A stretch of 64,000 nucleotides of DNA from positions 863,693 to 927,692 of the forward strand of contig CAXXDQ010000004.1 of assembly GCA_963664325.2 (NCBI GenBank). The letters run 5' to 3'. This document shows positions 62,466 to 64,000 of the stretch, one piece after another. The stretch is from Desulfomonilia bacterium. GTDB lineage: Bacteria; Desulfobacterota; Desulfomonilia; UBA1062. The position numbers and the translations under genes are program-made. The notes beneath the pieces are model-generated. The model was given only the letters and a program-made list of their open reading frames with translations. It did no database searches and was not told the DNA's origin. How positions within the stretch are numbered: position 1 is the first letter of the stretch; each line of letters begins with the position of its first letter.

Positions 62466-63323
62466 TTACTGGAAATAAAGCAGCAGAATTACAATGCCTA
62501 TGATAAAAACAAAAATGCCCGATCCGTCATGCAGGTAGCTTTCAGGTGAAGCGGCCTCCTGGCCGTACCTGGTGGCTATGAAAAGCAGAAGCGCAATCCT
62601 GAGACCGTTTAATGCAATGGATATCGCCGGTATTATCATCAGAAATATTACGGATTTCCACCATTGAGGCTTCAGAAAATAGATGAACAGCAGACCCAGT
62701 GCCAGAAATGATATGAGTGAACGCATTCCGTTGCAGGGTGTTCCGACGATAAATGTTGATGCTGCGAAAATGTATTACGAATCCATCACGGATATATGGA
62801 ATGCCGCCCAGGTCAATCAGTTTTCAGCGCCAGGCTGGTTGACAGGGACTTCATCGGAAGGGCAGCCAGGTTAATAATTCCATCGGGTATCGGACACAAA
62901 AATATCAGGAAAAAAAATCGGGGGAAAGCGATCTTTCCTGAAAATTTCCTGCCCATTTAAATAAAGGCTGACACCGGATATATACAATATCATGGAAAAA
63001 CTTGAGACAAAGTTGACAACGGCAATCTCTCCGAAGACATGAATGATAAGGGCTGCGATTATCAGCCACAGGCCTGCTGTTGATGATGATGGTTTGATGG
63101 CCTTCAGTTCATTTCTTTTCAGATAAATCAGATATGCTGAAACAAACGGGATCAGATAACCGTGTGAATAGTATGAATCCTGTCCCGAAAACTTGCCATT
63201 GAGCCAGAAGAACGTAGGCAGGTAACATAATATGAAAGAAATCCCCAGAATGACCCACAGGGTCAAAGCGCTCCCCCTGTGCAGGGAATAAGGGTTTTCC
63301 GCTACCTTTCCGACGGAGTCCAT
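62466..63323 (-). CDS. Exosortase (EpsH family), frameshifted
   Basis: YYSHGYLIP; catalytic triad motifs TPCNGMRSL (Cys), NGLRI (Arg), YLHDGSG (His). Confidence 0.85.
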
Positions 63324-64000
63324 GTTACGAACCGTTCTCCCTTAATATATTTTATCCAGGCAACCGCGATGGCCCTGTTTGCCGACACAAAGAAATACGG
63401 GACCTTGAATACGGAGGAAATTCCGGCAAGCGCCGGACCTGCTGCCGCCATAATATAGAAAAGGGCATGAAGAACAAGAATCATACCGTAGAACTTTCTT
63501 TTAAACGCCAGAATCAGATTGGCTGCAAAGGCCGCAAGCATAAACCACGGCACGAGCCAGCGCATGAGCTTATGCGAAAAAGAGCTGCCATGAAAAGAAG
63601 CCATATTTTAACCGGATTTATTAGCCCGATGCTTATGAAGAAAGCGGAAATGCCCCTTGTGATCGTGCGCACCTTGCGCTCGAATTCCTTTTTTTCATCC
63701 CTGATGTTCGTGTATATGCCCAGGGCTGTTCGGATCGCTTATTCCGCGGAAGCCTTTTTTAATGGAATTGAGAAGGGTGTTGAAGTCGCTTGGAATGTTT
63801 ACGGGCCAGTCTTCGCAGATGGTTTTTCTTGCAGCGAAAAAATGAGCCGCTTAAACCTACAACCGAGTTCACCCTTGTTTCAAGCGCCCTGAGCCGCATT
63901 TCATATTTCACATATGCGCCTTCACCGCTTATCCGGCCGTTACTGTCAATGAACCTGTCTTCGCTGCTTACGCTCCCGACGCTCGGGTCGGCAAAGTTGG
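63302..64000 (-). CDS. GT2 glycosyltransferase (partial, frameshifted)
   Basis: FADPSVGSVS, GEGAYVKYE, EFERKVRT, SHKLMRWLVP, FVTWTP. Confidence 0.8.

Noticed and set aside
974-63892. Numerous short antisense and alternate-frame ORFs in the ORF track
   Set aside because: They overlap well-supported genes and have no motifs; treated as shadow ORFs except where they are fragments of frameshifted genes.

Overview
Bacterial chromosomal window, probably from an anaerobic deltaproteobacterium (Desulfobacterota-like); this is inferred from gene content (selB, CFI-box-type C-terminal tag, exosortase/EPS locus, pyrR-pyrB-pyrC after lepA-lepB). Most of it is housekeeping and envelope genes: cpxP/cpxRA-like module, xth, an S1 protein, ridA, hppA, bamD, selB, serC, kup, pyrRBC, tandem lepB and lepA. 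It ends in a 17 kb exosortase-associated polysaccharide locus. Many genes carry single-base frameshifts in patches (6.4-10.3 kb, 21-23 kb, 58-64 kb), most likely assembly indels. Four things stand out. (1) An integrase-less integron cassette array at 38.4-41.0 kb with three 57-bp attC sites and matched core sites; it carries a DnaJ-type zinc finger-TIR fusion next to a coiled-coil gene, and the attC between them has mutated core triplets. (2) A candidate selenoprotein: a TMEM163/CDF-like transporter whose UGA stop is followed by a SECIS-like hairpin and a short Cys/His tail. (3) A candidate sphingolipid remodelling cluster: ceramide N-deacylase-like, ceramide synthase/YghO-like GNAT, HAD phosphatase and clan-A glycosidase, next to fadH. 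(4) Dispersed and nested palindromic intergenic elements. All family assignments come from motif recognition by eye, with no database searches.
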